Positions 39,493 through 53,019 of a DNA stretch of 64,000 bases are shown piece after piece. This DNA is from Trichinella spiralis (taxonomy: Eukaryota). The notes beneath the pieces are model-generated. The model saw only the letters and a list, made by a program, of their open reading frames with translations, was not told where the DNA came from and searched no databases. Each line of letters opens with the position of its first letter. Position 1 is the first letter of the stretch. Position numbers and translations under genes: made by a program. The DNA lies in assembly GCF_000181795.1 (NCBI RefSeq), contig NW_003526945.1, forward strand, positions 2,546,488 through 2,610,487, read 5' to 3'.

Positions 39493-41359
39493 ACAACAAT
39501 TACAGAAGTGACAATTGATATGGCATTAAAAACACATACATATGTAAATTAACAACGACTAACTAAACTGATAACATGGTAATTAATCCAAGGAACATGA
39601 TAAATTAGAATATAAATAATGTGAATATTACAAACACTTTTGACAATGCAACTGACTTTGGAAGCTGGGGAGAAGAAAACTAAAAAAATAATCCAGAAAT
39701 AAGTCATGTAGAGGTAATATTTTAAAAATATAATTAAAAAAAATAGTTTCTAACATTGTTGCATATCGTTTAAATGATGCTTATGTTCCATTATGCATAC
39801 TGTACAATCATTGATTTCATCACTTTTTAATGCGAATTGCAACATTTGAAAGTGTGTTGTAGAAATGTTTGGAAGAAAATGTTTTCGAACTATCCACCCG
39901 GTGGACAGTTTTTACCATTTGAACATATTTGCCATTGAAAAAAAAACCTCGAGAAAATATATTTTCCACGATCTGATTGGTCAGTTCTGATTAAACAGAT
40001 CTGATGAATAGCGTTGATCTAGTTTTGTCATTTCGGTATTTTCGCGGTCGGCTGCGTTTCCGTTTCTGTTTGTTCCCATTGTGTTGAGAAACGATCACAA
40101 CGCCAAGTCATGTACCATCTGCGCATTTGTCTACACTTGTCTGCTATTGGATTAGCGTCGATCAACGGGTCAATGTGAACAGAACAGATCACCAGACCCC
40201 CAACGGTAATGGTTACATTCACGTCGCCCAATGTAGCGTCCCTTTTTGTTGCGTAACTTACCTGCCAAATGTATAGCATATGTACAGATATATAACAAGA
40301 AGGCAGGCGAAGCTGCTGAGCTGTGGAAATCTGAATATGTACATTGTTGTGGGATTTTGACCATTGTCTGTTGTTCGCCTCGTATCTGCCATTCGCGCGC
40401 GTGTGTGTGTCGTCCATCTGTATCCGTTGTGTTGTTGTTGTTGCACTTTATTACTTTAATCAAGCATTCAATTGAAATTGAGTGAAAGCCAATTCGGTGC
40501 GCTGAAAATATAGCACAATCGACCGCTGCTGGGGCAATTCGGTTGTCTGCACTGTTGACGTGGGCTATTATTCACCATTATTAAACCGACCTCGGTGAAT
40601 TGCTTCGTCTGATTCAGGACAAAAATAGCTCTTCTTGAACCTGCTTGTCGCTTAAATGTACACTCAACTTTTATCATGCAAAAATGAACAGCTTGATACA
40701 ACAACCGAGTGACTGCTTTGATTTGTCGCTTTGTTTCTAGCATCCAAATCAAAGTGAAACTCGATTTGCAATGATTTTCAATCGATACATTACCATCGAA
40801 TTCACAGATTTGTCAACTGTTTGTAAAATTCGCCACTACGTGCAAAGCATGCCTAACCAAAGTGCAAACGAACAACCTTGAACATACAACAGTCGTGACC
40901 AGTGGTGAAGCGATGAAAATTCAAAAATAACAAATAAAAAAAGCAGAAATAAAACAAGAAAAAATAAACAAATTTACCATTTAGTCTGCGAAAAATGAGC
41001 CGACATAGCCGCGGGCGAGGCATTCTTCCAGCCAAGTTGCAAAACAACCTTATTTTCATTTACTGGCGACGTAGATTGGTTGTTTTGAAGAAAATTTCAT
41101 TTTCTTTATTTCATAAATTTTCCAATTAATTAATTACATTAAAAAATATTTTGTTTTAACAACAGAATTTAAAATTTCTTTTTTTATTGCATAATTTAAA
41201 TCAAGATAATTAGGTCATACTGTCATTAAGTGCATGCAAGTATTGTTTCCGCGTTGGTCAGCTAGCAAGTTGCAGTATATTGTTTGGTTATCCCAATCGG
41301 ATCAGGCGTTTTGATTCTGTTGAGATTGTCGAAATTTTATCAAAAAAGATAAAAGGAAG

Positions 41360-42047
41360 ATGGATTTGCAATTGTCAGTGAAGAAAGTGAAACGGTTGAT
41401 GAAATCCGACCCGGCGGTAACGAACGTTACTACGGAAGCCGCCGAAGCGATGGCGTGGATTGGGGTAAATTGTTGTTTGAAAATTTTTAATTGTCAGATT
41501 TTGTTATTAAATATTCGATCGATTTTAGCAGTATTTCTGCGTCGATCTGGCGAAGAAGATGTTGGACGCAGCGAACGGTTGCAAGCGGAAGACTGTCCGT
41601 AAGGACGATTTCGACACTTGCGTCAAACGTTATCCGTCGTTGAAATTTATTGGCGGTAATGGATGAATTTTTATTTTTAATTAATTAATTTTTTGTAAAA
41701 TGTTGTAAATTTTTGTTCAGTTGAAGTGGAAAATGTAGAATTGAATTTGTCGATTATCGAATGTTTTTTATTTTGATCGTTTAGATGCAGTGGACACGTT
41801 TCCGACGCGAGAATTGTGTTCAATATTCGACGATGAAAATTCCCAGTCTGGTGAAGAGGAAATTTCTGACGTGGAGATGGATTCGGATGAATCGGTCGAG
41901 AAAAAGTTGTCCAGCGATATTGAAGACAACAACGACGAGCAACCGGAAGTGGAAATTGGAAAAGAGAACGAGACCGAAGTAGCCGGTGCAAATGGAATCG
42001 TGGCGGAAGAGCCGAAGAATAACGACGCTGACGATTCTATCGCTTAG
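41360..42047 (+). CDS. Histone-fold protein, POLE4/CHRAC1 (NF-YC-like) family, with acidic tail; 3 exons
   Basis: LSVKKVKRLMKSDPAV...EAAEAMAWIG|QYFCVDLAKKMLDAANGCKRKTVRKDDFDTCVKRYPSLKFI|..., followed by an E/D-rich tail. Confidence 0.88.
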
Positions 42048-42679
42048 ACCGGTTTCAGCAAATTATGGATAAATTAAAAATAATAATTTTGGATCTAACG
42101 AATTGAAAAAATAAAGATGATCTAATTTTATTATTCTGCTGAAAAAATATCACGTTTAAAATTTTTGGTCGAGTTGTGAGGTGTCGATTTGAAAACCGGT
42201 TCTCGAAAATCAATATCTTGCAATTTTCTCGCTTGTGTAAACAAACACGGAACGCCAACAACCCGTCGATTAAATCGAGCGTAACTTTATGCAAAAATTT
42301 TTCACCCGCGTTCTTCTTTTTCTTGACGGTCAACTCGCAGTGGGTTGGAAGAAAAAGAAAAAAAATTTTTTTTCTTCCAAATTCAACCGCCCCGACAATT
42401 ATTCCTGTTTTCTATGTGAAGCTGTGAACAAGTGAAGAAAATTTTTTAAATCTTACGGTAAGTAATCACGTAGTATTCTAAAATTAGTTTTTAAACCCAT
42501 TTTTAAAAATATCTAAATTTTATTAGGAAAAAAATTTTTTTTTAATTTTTTTTAACATAAATGAAATAAATGTATGAGATAAAATTGAAATGACCAGTTT
42601 TTTTAATTGAGATTGCAAAAGTGATTTTTTTTCAAAAAAAAGCATAATAATAATAATAATAATATTGACGACGTATATT

Positions 42680-45244
42680 TCATATGACCATTTCGTATTG
42701 GCCATAGTTGATACGATTCAATTCTGAAAGGAGAAAAAGGATAAGATTGAAATGGTGATTGAAAAATGCAAATTATTTTTCACCCATAGTCACGGTGATG
42801 CGATTCAAGCAGCAGACGATCGTTTCGTTCACGTCGACGCACATTTCCAAAACGCCGTACTGGCCTGGAATTTCGGCCGTCAATTTCGAATACACTTCGA
42901 TATAATAATTCAGAGCTGCGTTCAAATTTTTCAAAAATTCGATTATTCTGTTCGCGTCGAGTTGAACAACGCTCAGAGAATTTTCATCCATCGACAAACA
43001 GACGGCGTTGGTTAATACTAAAATTAAAATTAAAAAAAATAAAAAACACAATTCACATAAGCCAAAATACTCACTTTTCGCAGCCCACATTACCAACTGG
43101 TAGTCGTTGTAAACTTTCGGACTCACTCCGTAAAGTAAAATTGTGCAAAATTGACGCCACCACGGTGGTAAAAATTTCAACGCCCCTGGTATGCAAATTT
43201 CAGAACGAATTTTTCCTTTCAACGTCTCGTCCTGTTTTCTACCATCCACCGAACCATCGAACTTCCGTTTGCTGACGATACTGGAATTGTTTACATTTTC
43301 GCCTTGAGTAGTACTACGTTCCAAGACATGGCTATACTTTTCTTCGACAATAAAATCATAGAAATCACCCAATACAGAAAAACAGACATCACGGATTGAT
43401 ATCCACAAATAGGGTACATAACCTGGAATGGATTCTTTTTTATTTTTATTTTTAAATAATTCAAAATTATCCAACGTTTCTCTGTTCAACCTGGTTCATT
43501 GAATCGCATCAATGTTCTGCAAGTCGAAACACGTCTAGTCAACATTTCCGTGTATATGAACGCCAGAAGCTTGAAACAATAACAATTAATTAATTAATTA
43601 ATTAATATGCAAACAACAACAATACAAAACACATACTTTCAAAATATTGGGTTGTTGAATTTTTAAAATATCTGTCAAGTAAAGTTTCGAATTGTCAACG
43701 GACGATTTTCGAGGTCCTGGAATTTCGAAGCTCAAAGCCTGAAAAAATCAATTACTTTACAAAACAACTGCCCAGAAGAAGAAATGAAAAAAAAAATTTT
43801 TTTTCTTTCTTTCTTTCTATTCATTTACTTCCATCAAAACAACTGGGCAAATTTGCGCGAGCAATTTTCGTCGAAAAAAGCCACCGAACACGATCCAAAT
43901 GGCAACAACCGATGGCAATCGACAACATCTAAAATGTAAATTATTACAAATACAAAATAATTCTTTTCTTATTCACGTTTACCCGATAAAACCGCGATCG
44001 CTGATCGACCAATCTAAATATTAAAAAGAAATTCATATTCATAATGATTTTTCACCGAACATTCGAACCGAAAATAACGGAAATCGTATTGGTAATCACG
44101 ACAATTTTCACCAACGAAACAACAATGCCCAAAAATTCATCTTTGTCCTTATTGACAAGCTGTATTGTATTTTTCTAAATATACGAAAATTATTATTTTA
44201 AACATCAACACGACAATTAATCTACTCACGTTGTTTGCTATATTATCGAAAGATAAAAAATGATGCCCTTCTTTGAAAAAGTAAAACGATGCCATAACGC
44301 TTGTTAATAAAGTTCCAAGCACAATGTAAAATCCACTGCTACAAAAAATTTAAACAATTAATTCATTATTCTTTCATATCACTTCGTTTGTAATTAATTG
44401 AATTCATTTTCAAAAATCACTTTACTTTTCAGTGTAAAACGGTGAAAAGCACAACTTCACAACGAATGCCATTGCAATATCTAAAACAATATTCGAAACC
44501 GTGAACATGCCCACACCGAACAGTCTATCTTTCCAAAACACCACGGGATGGCCTAAACTATAATTTTTCACAAAACATCTAAACCAAAAAAATAATTATT
44601 AAATATAAACACCTTTCAATGTGTATACACAAATGCAACACGACGCGAAACTTATACTGATCACAGCAATCACCAAAAGGAATGTTTCAAAACTGAAAAT
44701 CGCTTTTACCACTTCTGCAACCAGCAGCACATTTACAACATGTTCAAAATTATCAATCAACCACTTACCAATCAATGAATGAAATGGAGACATCAAAGAA
44801 AACAAACACAGCGTATATATTAAAATCATCTCGCATATAGACAAAGACGAATACAAAACTGATGACAAAAACGCCATCGGAAACACAATCTAAATTATGA
44901 ACGGTTTTTAACAATTAAAAAAAAAATTTTTTTTTCACACACTTTAAACATCAAGTTCGTTTTTGAAATTATACACAATAATTACTTGAAACAATTCGGC
45001 GCAATCAAATATAAAAATGCATTACCATTAGCACAACTAAATAATAGCGAGAATTCAATATTAATCAACAAACAAAAATTAATCACTTTTATAATGAAAT
45101 GTCAATTTAGAAAAAAATTAAATAATAACAAAAATAAAGGCAAATATTTACCTTCTGCAAATACCAAAACGACGTATCAAAACATTTCTTAGTGAAAGAA
45201 TGATACACACCATTATAATAACTTGTCCCGAAAATGTTTGTCAT
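42680..45244 (-). CDS. NDC1: Transmembrane nucleoporin NDC1 (ends approximate)
   Basis: Hydrophobic N-terminal exons, then ALSFEIP...LTDILKIQQPNILK|LLAFIYTEMLTRRVSTCRTLMRFNEP|GYVPYLWISIRDVC (cf. NDC1 PPIIKYLALQDL..RRQEVFSLSQPGGHPHNW..I..EC), VYNDYQLVMWA, SMDENSLSVVQ and LNRITVTM (cf. IYRITTTFG). An alternative unspliced stop is at 42773. Confidence 0.85.
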
Positions 45245-45809
45245 AATTTAAGCTGAAACAAAAACTAAAACAACTTATGATAACCAGCTAAGCACAAATA
45301 ACGCAGCTCAAAATCACCGCTAGACAAATACAGTAAGCTATTTGTTAAAATCAAAGTACAACATCCATTTACCGTACATTTCATTTTCATCATCATTAAT
45401 AGCATTCAAAAAACATTTATTATTTATTTATTTCACTTATTAACAAATTGATTATTTTATTTATAAGATAACTTCTTTATTCAAGCATTCTTTTCTACCG
45501 AACATGATATAATACACAAAAATTAGTCCTAGCGTTCCCTGATTACGTTCAGAACTTAATTGTTTCAGTGTTGTTCGCATACATTAATCACATGCAAATA
45601 CCTGTCGTTTGTATACAAGGTCTATAATTTTACTACCTATAAATCCAAACTGTCAATGGATGCAACACTTGATTAAAAACTGCATTCTTTATCAAAATCT
45701 TTTCGCTGAAACGCTTAAAAATTACCAACCAACTTTTCATGTTTTTAAAATTTCGAATAATTTATTTCATAACTTAATTTATTATAACAAATTTCATATT
45801 CATGTTGTC

Positions 45810-48800
45810 TGATATGTGCCATACACAGCAATTTGAAAACTAAAAACACAACTAATGGGATCAGTTAAAAAACTGCAGAAAATAAAAAATGTCACAAATG
45901 ATTCAAGAGAACACAAAGAAAAATCTCACCAATTTCCATTGCAGTAAATGCAAAAATTAAGGATAATTATTTAGACTTGATTGTCATTTGATACAAAAGA
46001 GATACCATACAGCACAAAATTACAAATGCAATTCTAATTGAATCATCTCTAAACAATCATTTCCAGAAAATTGCAAAATAAATTTACGCAGTTATAAATT
46101 GCGCCACACTGTAAAAGAGAATTACGTAAATCGGAATTGCATATCATTGTGCTTCTGAGAAACCTAACCATCAATCATGAAAAAATATTGAATATGTGCA
46201 TATGTATTTCTGATTATTTTCATGATATTAACTAATAATGAGGGAGGAAAAACGAAAATGCATTTCTGAGTACGGTATTCGACAAATTACTGTAATGCAC
46301 CTGCAGATCACACAAACGATGTGATGACGTCATAGTGCAGATGCATGAGCGTATGCTTATTGTGTTTTAGATTTCTACTGGCTTGCAGACCAGGTTACAT
46401 TTTCTAAAACATAATTTCGCTCTATAGTGAAGATCAGCATGCCTCATCATCGGTCAGATCAATGGGAATGTTGATTCGCATGGTCTAAAATTCTGTGACG
46501 TCATTTTCACGAATATCATGGTTATGGAAGCGTCACAGTGGAACTGTGAAGTGTAAACGATTGGATGGTGTGTTTGAAACAGGAAGGCTCATTTTAGTGA
46601 AGAAATGACGTGGGTAGCAGCGAACAGAGTTGCATAGAATGAAAAATTGTTGCGCGATACTGATAGTTTTGATCGTTATGGTGCGCCCGTCACGATCACC
46701 ACGCAACAGCGAAGAAACAACCACACTGAACTGACCATCAATCCTTTAACTGCTTTGAACTGCATGCGGTATGCGAAGAAAACTCCATCTACACTAGACA
46801 GGAACTGATTCCATCCAACCCATCCACGTGCGGTGACTATTTATTGAGATGGTAAAAGCCGTACGTGGACTGCCAGTTTGCGCACCAAATTGTGACTGGA
46901 TAATACTGTGATCAGTGTCGGCCTCAGTATAATGCTGAATACTCTCCGAATGTCATCCTTACGTTAACTATTCACGCATGTGAAATCTTGTGTGTTTGGA
47001 TGGGTAGTAACCCGGAAATTAAAAGAATTTAAAGATTATCATGTGGTATGCTGTGATCTTTGCGATTGCACAGGCAAAGATTTGAAGGCTTTATGACATT
47101 TGAATTCAGTCAGCACAAGAATAAGTAAATGGTGCGGATTGTTTTACCGATGAGCAACTACTACCAGTTTATCTACTACTACGCCATAATAATGTTTTGG
47201 CAAGGAAGATTGTAAATGGCTTGAAGAAATAAAATGCGATAGACAAGCATTGTCTGAAATGGAGTATCCGGTCTACTAGAAATTTTGGGCACCGAATAAT
47301 GTAGATAAATGCATAGAGTAAAGAAATCATCTCATCAGAGTGGCCAGAAAAGGCTTCGAATCAGGACACTCCAGTGACATAAGGATGGAAGCAATTCTAG
47401 CGACTGCATTGACCTGTAGGATAGAATCGAATGGTTTATGGCTTTTGCATTCTGACGCTACAATAGTAAAGAAGTGGTGTGGATTGGCTTATGGATGAAC
47501 GACTGCTGCCAGTTTGTATGCTGTGCTTATGGTTCTTTGATTGGTAGATTATGCATTTTTGGAATAAGTTCCGAAGAAGAGATAGTTGCAATGGAAACGA
47601 TTTTGGTGAAACGCTTGCCCCATCAGCGTTTCGCTCTGGGTGACTTTAATGCATGTGTGACGGCGACCGCGAAATTGCACCTGCGTATCACGTTCACCTT
47701 TTTGTGGGGCGACCGGCGGTAAAAACAAAAAGGTCTGCGTGCGGAACGGCGGCGGTAGTTATACGGCGTGCGCGTCACGGTTTGTTGAACCTTTGTAATA
47801 TAACCCTTTTGAATAATCTCTTGTATCCCGTTGTTTATAATAAACTCTCTGTATCATAAATGGTGCGGATGAATCGAGCGCCTGACGGCGCTACACATGG
47901 ATAAAGAAAGATGTGGCGCAAAACCAAATTCAGGAGTTTGTTGAATGAAGTGCTGTAACTGCTCTGCAAGACGATATGTCGATCCATGGTTAAATATTAT
48001 GTTATTTGGGTGATCATCATGTAGTATATACGTTTTTCGTAAATGTTGGTTATTCTTTTGTGAATATTTTATTGTTGTTTTGTTATTAATTATTAAAAAT
48101 GTTTGCTATTCTGCAGTACAAAGATTTTTTAAGCATTATCGCCTCTCAGAAATAATACAAACCGGCGAAATCTGTAATTAATGCATCGTTTGTCTTTTTC
48201 AATGCGCACGCTGTTATCGCAAGACATGTAAACGCCACTGCTTTCAGTCGAGTTGGAATTTCTTGTTTTATCCAATTTGTGATAAGGTAATAAGACGGAA
48301 GGTGCGTTTGTGTTAAATTTCATGTTTAGCTTTCATCTGTTGATGAAATTAAACATTGAAAATTAAAAAAATGTAAATAGATAAGGTTGCTATGAACTAC
48401 CACACATTAAAACTAGCATGTGAAATGTGCGTTATTGCTAAGCTGTGTGTGAAAATGGCAACAGCGTACTTTAACGCTGTGAGCATTGAGCGAGGCACCC
48501 TCTTTCAGTAAGAAAAGCTGCATAATGAACTACAGAAGTAGGACAATTGCAGCCACCAAATTAGCCTGTAAAATGGGTCATTTTGCTGCCCTGTTGTGGC
48601 AGATGCATCTGATTTCAGTTATTTAATATTTCTTCTGCTTTTTATCATCCTTCTGATTATCAGCATTTCTTTTGGTAACGGCTCCTTCTTTTGCCGTAGT
48701 TTATTTTGATTTGCTTTCTGGTAATTAATCTCAATATTACATTGTTTTATTTTACAGTATGGGAATTGATCTTGATGATCAGAAATACTTTCTTGTTGAC

Positions 48801-48985
48801 TGTTTTTTGTCTTTTAATGAAATATGCATTTTACATTGAATGTTATTTAACATTTTTAGTGAAGAATTGAAAATTGTGTTAGATAAGCAGTTTTGTATAT
48901 CTGCGAATGTGATCGATGGATTGGGCGTTAGTTTTCCACGCGTGGTATTATACAGAAAACAGAATGCGCGCAATCGCACATTTTA
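45810..48985 (-). repeat. Inverted segmental duplication, copy B (near-identical core 46139-48362)
   Basis: Reverse complement of copy A. Core length 2224 = 1980 + 240 LTR + 4 TSD. Confidence 0.97.
47656..47895 (+). mobile_element. 240-bp solo LTR (Ty3/Gypsy-like by 4-bp TSD)
   Basis: TGT...ACA termini, CATG TSD at 47652-47655 and 47896-47899, internal AATAAA at 47839. The empty site AATGCATGGATAAA is present in copy A (~9446-9459, minus strand). Confidence 0.9.
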
Positions 48986-49079
48986 TGATACTTGTAACAT
49001 GTTTATAGCCTTATTTGTTATTTCAGATCCTTTTTCCGAAAAGCATAGTTTATTTTTTTATACTTTACAAATTTGTAAA

Positions 49080-52000
49080 ATGAGTGCTCATCCATTGTGT
49101 CCGTATGGGAAACCATTTGATGATGTTGAAGAAGGTATGGTTTTTTGAAAAGTTTTCAAATTTCAGCTTTTTTGCTCATATTAATGCATTTCAGGAGAAG
49201 GCATAGCGAAGAAGCCTTTGTCTATTGAAAGTCAAATTGTTACGGATGAGAAAGGTCGAAGACGTTTTCATGGTGCTTTTACTGGTGGTTTTTCTGCAGG
49301 TTATTTCAATACTGTCGACACAAAGGAAGGTATTTTTGTCAATTTTTTGTGCAGTGATTTTGACGAAAGTTCACGCAAGTTAAAAATTATTTTATTACTT
49401 AGAGTTGGGAAATATTATTTTTAGGATGGGCTCCGTCGAGTTTTAAATCGAGTCGTACTCGTCGTCATGAGAAAAGCGTTCAGCGACCTGAAGATTTTAT
49501 GGATAACGAAGTGCGTCAGTACAGTTGAATAATGATATTCAGATGAATTTTGTATACGTAACAATTTTTAGGATTTTAGTGAATTTGGAATTGCTCCTAG
49601 AGAAATACGTACCACTCATGAGTATTCCGACCAAAGTAATGTTGCCACTGCAAAACGGCGAATGGCTTGGGATCATACGGAAATGTTTGCCGAAAGCATT
49701 AAACTTTCTGATCTTATTCGTCCAGTGAAGTAATTTGCAATGAGAGCTGTTAACAATTAAATGGAAAATTAATTAATTAGGGAAATTTAACATGACAATA
49801 TTTTTTGTTTAGTGATACTTTTGGCATGAAATTGATGCGACGTATGGGTTGGAGGCCAGGAAGGGGCGTTGGTCCGAAGTTGATCGTTAAGGATTTATCC
49901 ACAGTTGAGGAAAAAGGCAATTTACATAAGTTATTGCATATTGAATGTGCATATAATAATTTATTTTTAGATGAACAGATAAAAGTGTATGGTTGTTCTT
50001 TGCCAGCAGATCTCATTCAAGAAAGCAGTGTGAGAATTTCTACACGAAATTATGACATTTAGTTATATAATTGCTGTTATTTAGCGACGTGCGGGATTGG
50101 AATTTGTTTCTTCCACTCAAAAACATACTGTATCAGCCGATGACGTAGAGATGATACGATTTTTGCCAAAGACTGATTTTCATGGTTTGGGCTACAAGGG
50201 CCTTTCTAGTGACAGTTCGGCAAAGGATACTTTTACTAAAAGTACAGGAATTTCTGGTAAAGAAACATCGAAAGGAATTTCAGGACAGGTAAAAAATGAC
50301 AAATAGCATCTACGCGTTGTTAATGTTATTATTAGTATTTAGGCATTTGGCGTTGGTGCTTTTGAAGATGATGATGCGGATATTTACGTAGGCGAAGATT
50401 TGTCGAAATATGATTTTGTTATTGGCGGTGTTACTGAAACTGCAGACAATTTTCGTAATTATTTTTGATAATTCTTAAATTAGCTTTGACTTTGTGCGAA
50501 ATTGTGATTATAATAGATTGTCATTTTTGTTTACAGTGATTTTTTCATTATAACTGAATTACTGGTGCATTTTTCGTATTTCAGAAGTCAGCTTTGAGTT
50601 TGTGCTGAGTGTGAAAAAGCAAACGAATCAAGTGTTTTTTCCTCCGCCTAAAGTTCCACCAGATTTCAAACCAAAAGCAGCTTGCTCAAGTGGTGTTCCT
50701 TCGACAGCGTTGACAACGAAAACTCCATTTGAAAGGGAGCTGGTGCTTGACAAAGTGCAGTCAGTTTTTGATTATTTATTACCAAAGGATCGACGTCGTC
50801 TAATGGATGTGAAAGCCAGTACGGAGAAGAAGCTTGCAGAACAGCATCGTTTGTCTAAATTGAATACCAGTGAATCCGCCGGGGTTGGTGAGTCGTTGAA
50901 TAGAGATGTTCCATCTCAGGATAAAGAAGAGAAACAGCAGTTGATTCCATTTCCTGATCAGCCAGCTAAGCAACAACGTTTTACTCAGTTTTTGACTTAT
51001 TTGAAAAGAAGTAATTTAGCAGCAATAGTTGAAAGCGAAAATGATTTTTGACGATAAAGCTAGCTATTGGATATTTGTAACTTTTCCAGGATGTCCAATG
51101 ACTCGTCCGGAAGAGTTGAATGAAGTGCAATGGGAGGCGGAAATGAACGAATTTTTTCAACATTTAAGCGAAGACATGCGCCAAGCGTTGGATGAAACGA
51201 AGAAACGAGCGAAACCGTTGGCCAGTCCGGCGATAAGTCAGTTTTTCGCTGAACGTTTGAAATCGAAATTCACACACGCAAAGCATGAAGAAGATGACGT
51301 GAAATTGGTACTTTATTTCGATTTTTACTCTTGCTTATTGCTTTTTTTTCAAATTGTGTAATTATAATTGTCAGCAAGAGGAAGATGATAAAATGAAAGC
51401 GGTACAGATGAAAATGTTTGGCTTATTAACTAGAGAAAGCTGGCCTTGGCATCCGGACCGACAGCTTTGCAAGCGTTTCAACGTGCCGGATCCTTATCCA
51501 GAGTTTGTTGATTTTGCTGTATATGTGTTTAATGTTTGCATTTCAACCATTGCCTAGGTCTTCGTTGGTCGGGGTACCGATGCTCAAGAAACAGACGAAG
51601 CCGTTGTTCATGCTTGGGTTGGAAATGGATGCTTCAACTGTTAAAACTTTGGCCAAGAGACACCACGACAGAGCTGACCATTCAACCGTGGAAGGTAATC
51701 AGTGCAGTTGACGAACGAATGTGGCCTCTTGATTGCAATGTACTGTTTTTTTTTCAGAAGCTGCAGTTTCTAAGCAGATGCCAGTGAAAAAAGAAACAGA
51801 GAATATTGGGGTTGGGTTGGAGAAGAAAAGTGAAGAACAAATTGAAAAAAGTGATGCAATGGAGCCTGAAATTGAGCAAGCAGAACAACAGCGTCCGCCG
51901 ATGTCTCTTTTTAAATGTATTTTTGAAAGTGACGAGTCTGATGCAGAGGAATTGGAAGAAATTGAAGAAGAAAAAGAAGTTGAAGAAAAATTTGTCGAAA

Positions 52001-52327
52001 ATGCATTTTACCAGAAATTAACTGAAAATGCAGTCGTAGAACAAATGAGTACTTCAAAAAATACGGTGGTTGAAAAATCACCCGAATCAACAACCGCTGA
52101 TCCAGAGGAGTCGTTGTTCTTCGGCCCGCCATTGCCACCTGAATATCAGGATCAGGACGGTAGGATACTTTTTGTTTGTTTTTTTGTTTACTTTGGTCTC
52201 ATTCAGTTCAAATACTGTAGCATCGTCTCCTGAGTGTGTGCCGAAGGAAAAGCGTTCGCACAGGCATAGTTCTTCAAGAAGAAAGAAAAAAAAGCACAAA
52301 TCACGCTCTCATTCTACAAGGAAATGA
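49080..52327 (+). CDS. GPATCH1: G-patch domain-containing protein 1 (spliceosomal), multi-exon
   Basis: [61 protein letters not shown]-patch [63 protein letters not shown], basic C-terminus. Confidence 0.96.
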
Positions 52328-53019
52328 CAAAGATTATGTTTTGTGCAGCATTACTGTACGTTGGCCGCTGCGAATTTGTTGCATGCAACGCTAGCACAGT
52401 TGAATTGTTGGAAACATTAGCGGCGGAAAAAATTACATTCTTTCAGAAGTATGGAATGACTTGTAAATTAAAATAAAAATGAAATTCCCAGAAGCAAGAA
52501 AAGCATTTCTACTCCATAATTGAAGGACTTAATTGAAATGTGAATATATTTTTACTACTACTACTGCTACCACTACTACTACTGCTGGTAAAAATGAATT
52601 TGCGAAATTATGTAAATTGATTTAGAGGATTTTATTTTTTGTAATTGATAACTTTTTGAAATAAAATTAATTTAGCTATCAAAATTGTAAACTGAAAGTG
52701 CATTCTAACGATAGAATGAAGTAAGCTAATTAGTAAATGAAGTTAAATTCATATTGAGATGGATTTTTTATTATTAAAAAAGTCAACTTGATTGTCAAAC
52801 TGTAGCGAAATATTTTGCTTTAACGAAATTGTCATAACTATTGGTAAAGAAGTGCAACATTTTATCTTATTCATGACGGTTGTTGCTAGAAACGCAAATT
52901 AAAAGTCAGTAAGTTGAAAGTTTCACTTTTAAGCACGATTTGATCACTAACGTTTTTCACTGAAAAGCTGTTGAATCAGCTATAAATTTATTTCGTTGTG
53001 AAAATATATTATAGAATTA

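Noticed and set aside
8380..48985. Giant transposon (Maverick or Pack-type) with 2-3 kb terminal inverted repeats
   Set aside because: The interior is ordinary intron-rich housekeeping genes with no integrase, polymerase or transposase. The outer ends fade out with no sharp termini or TSD.
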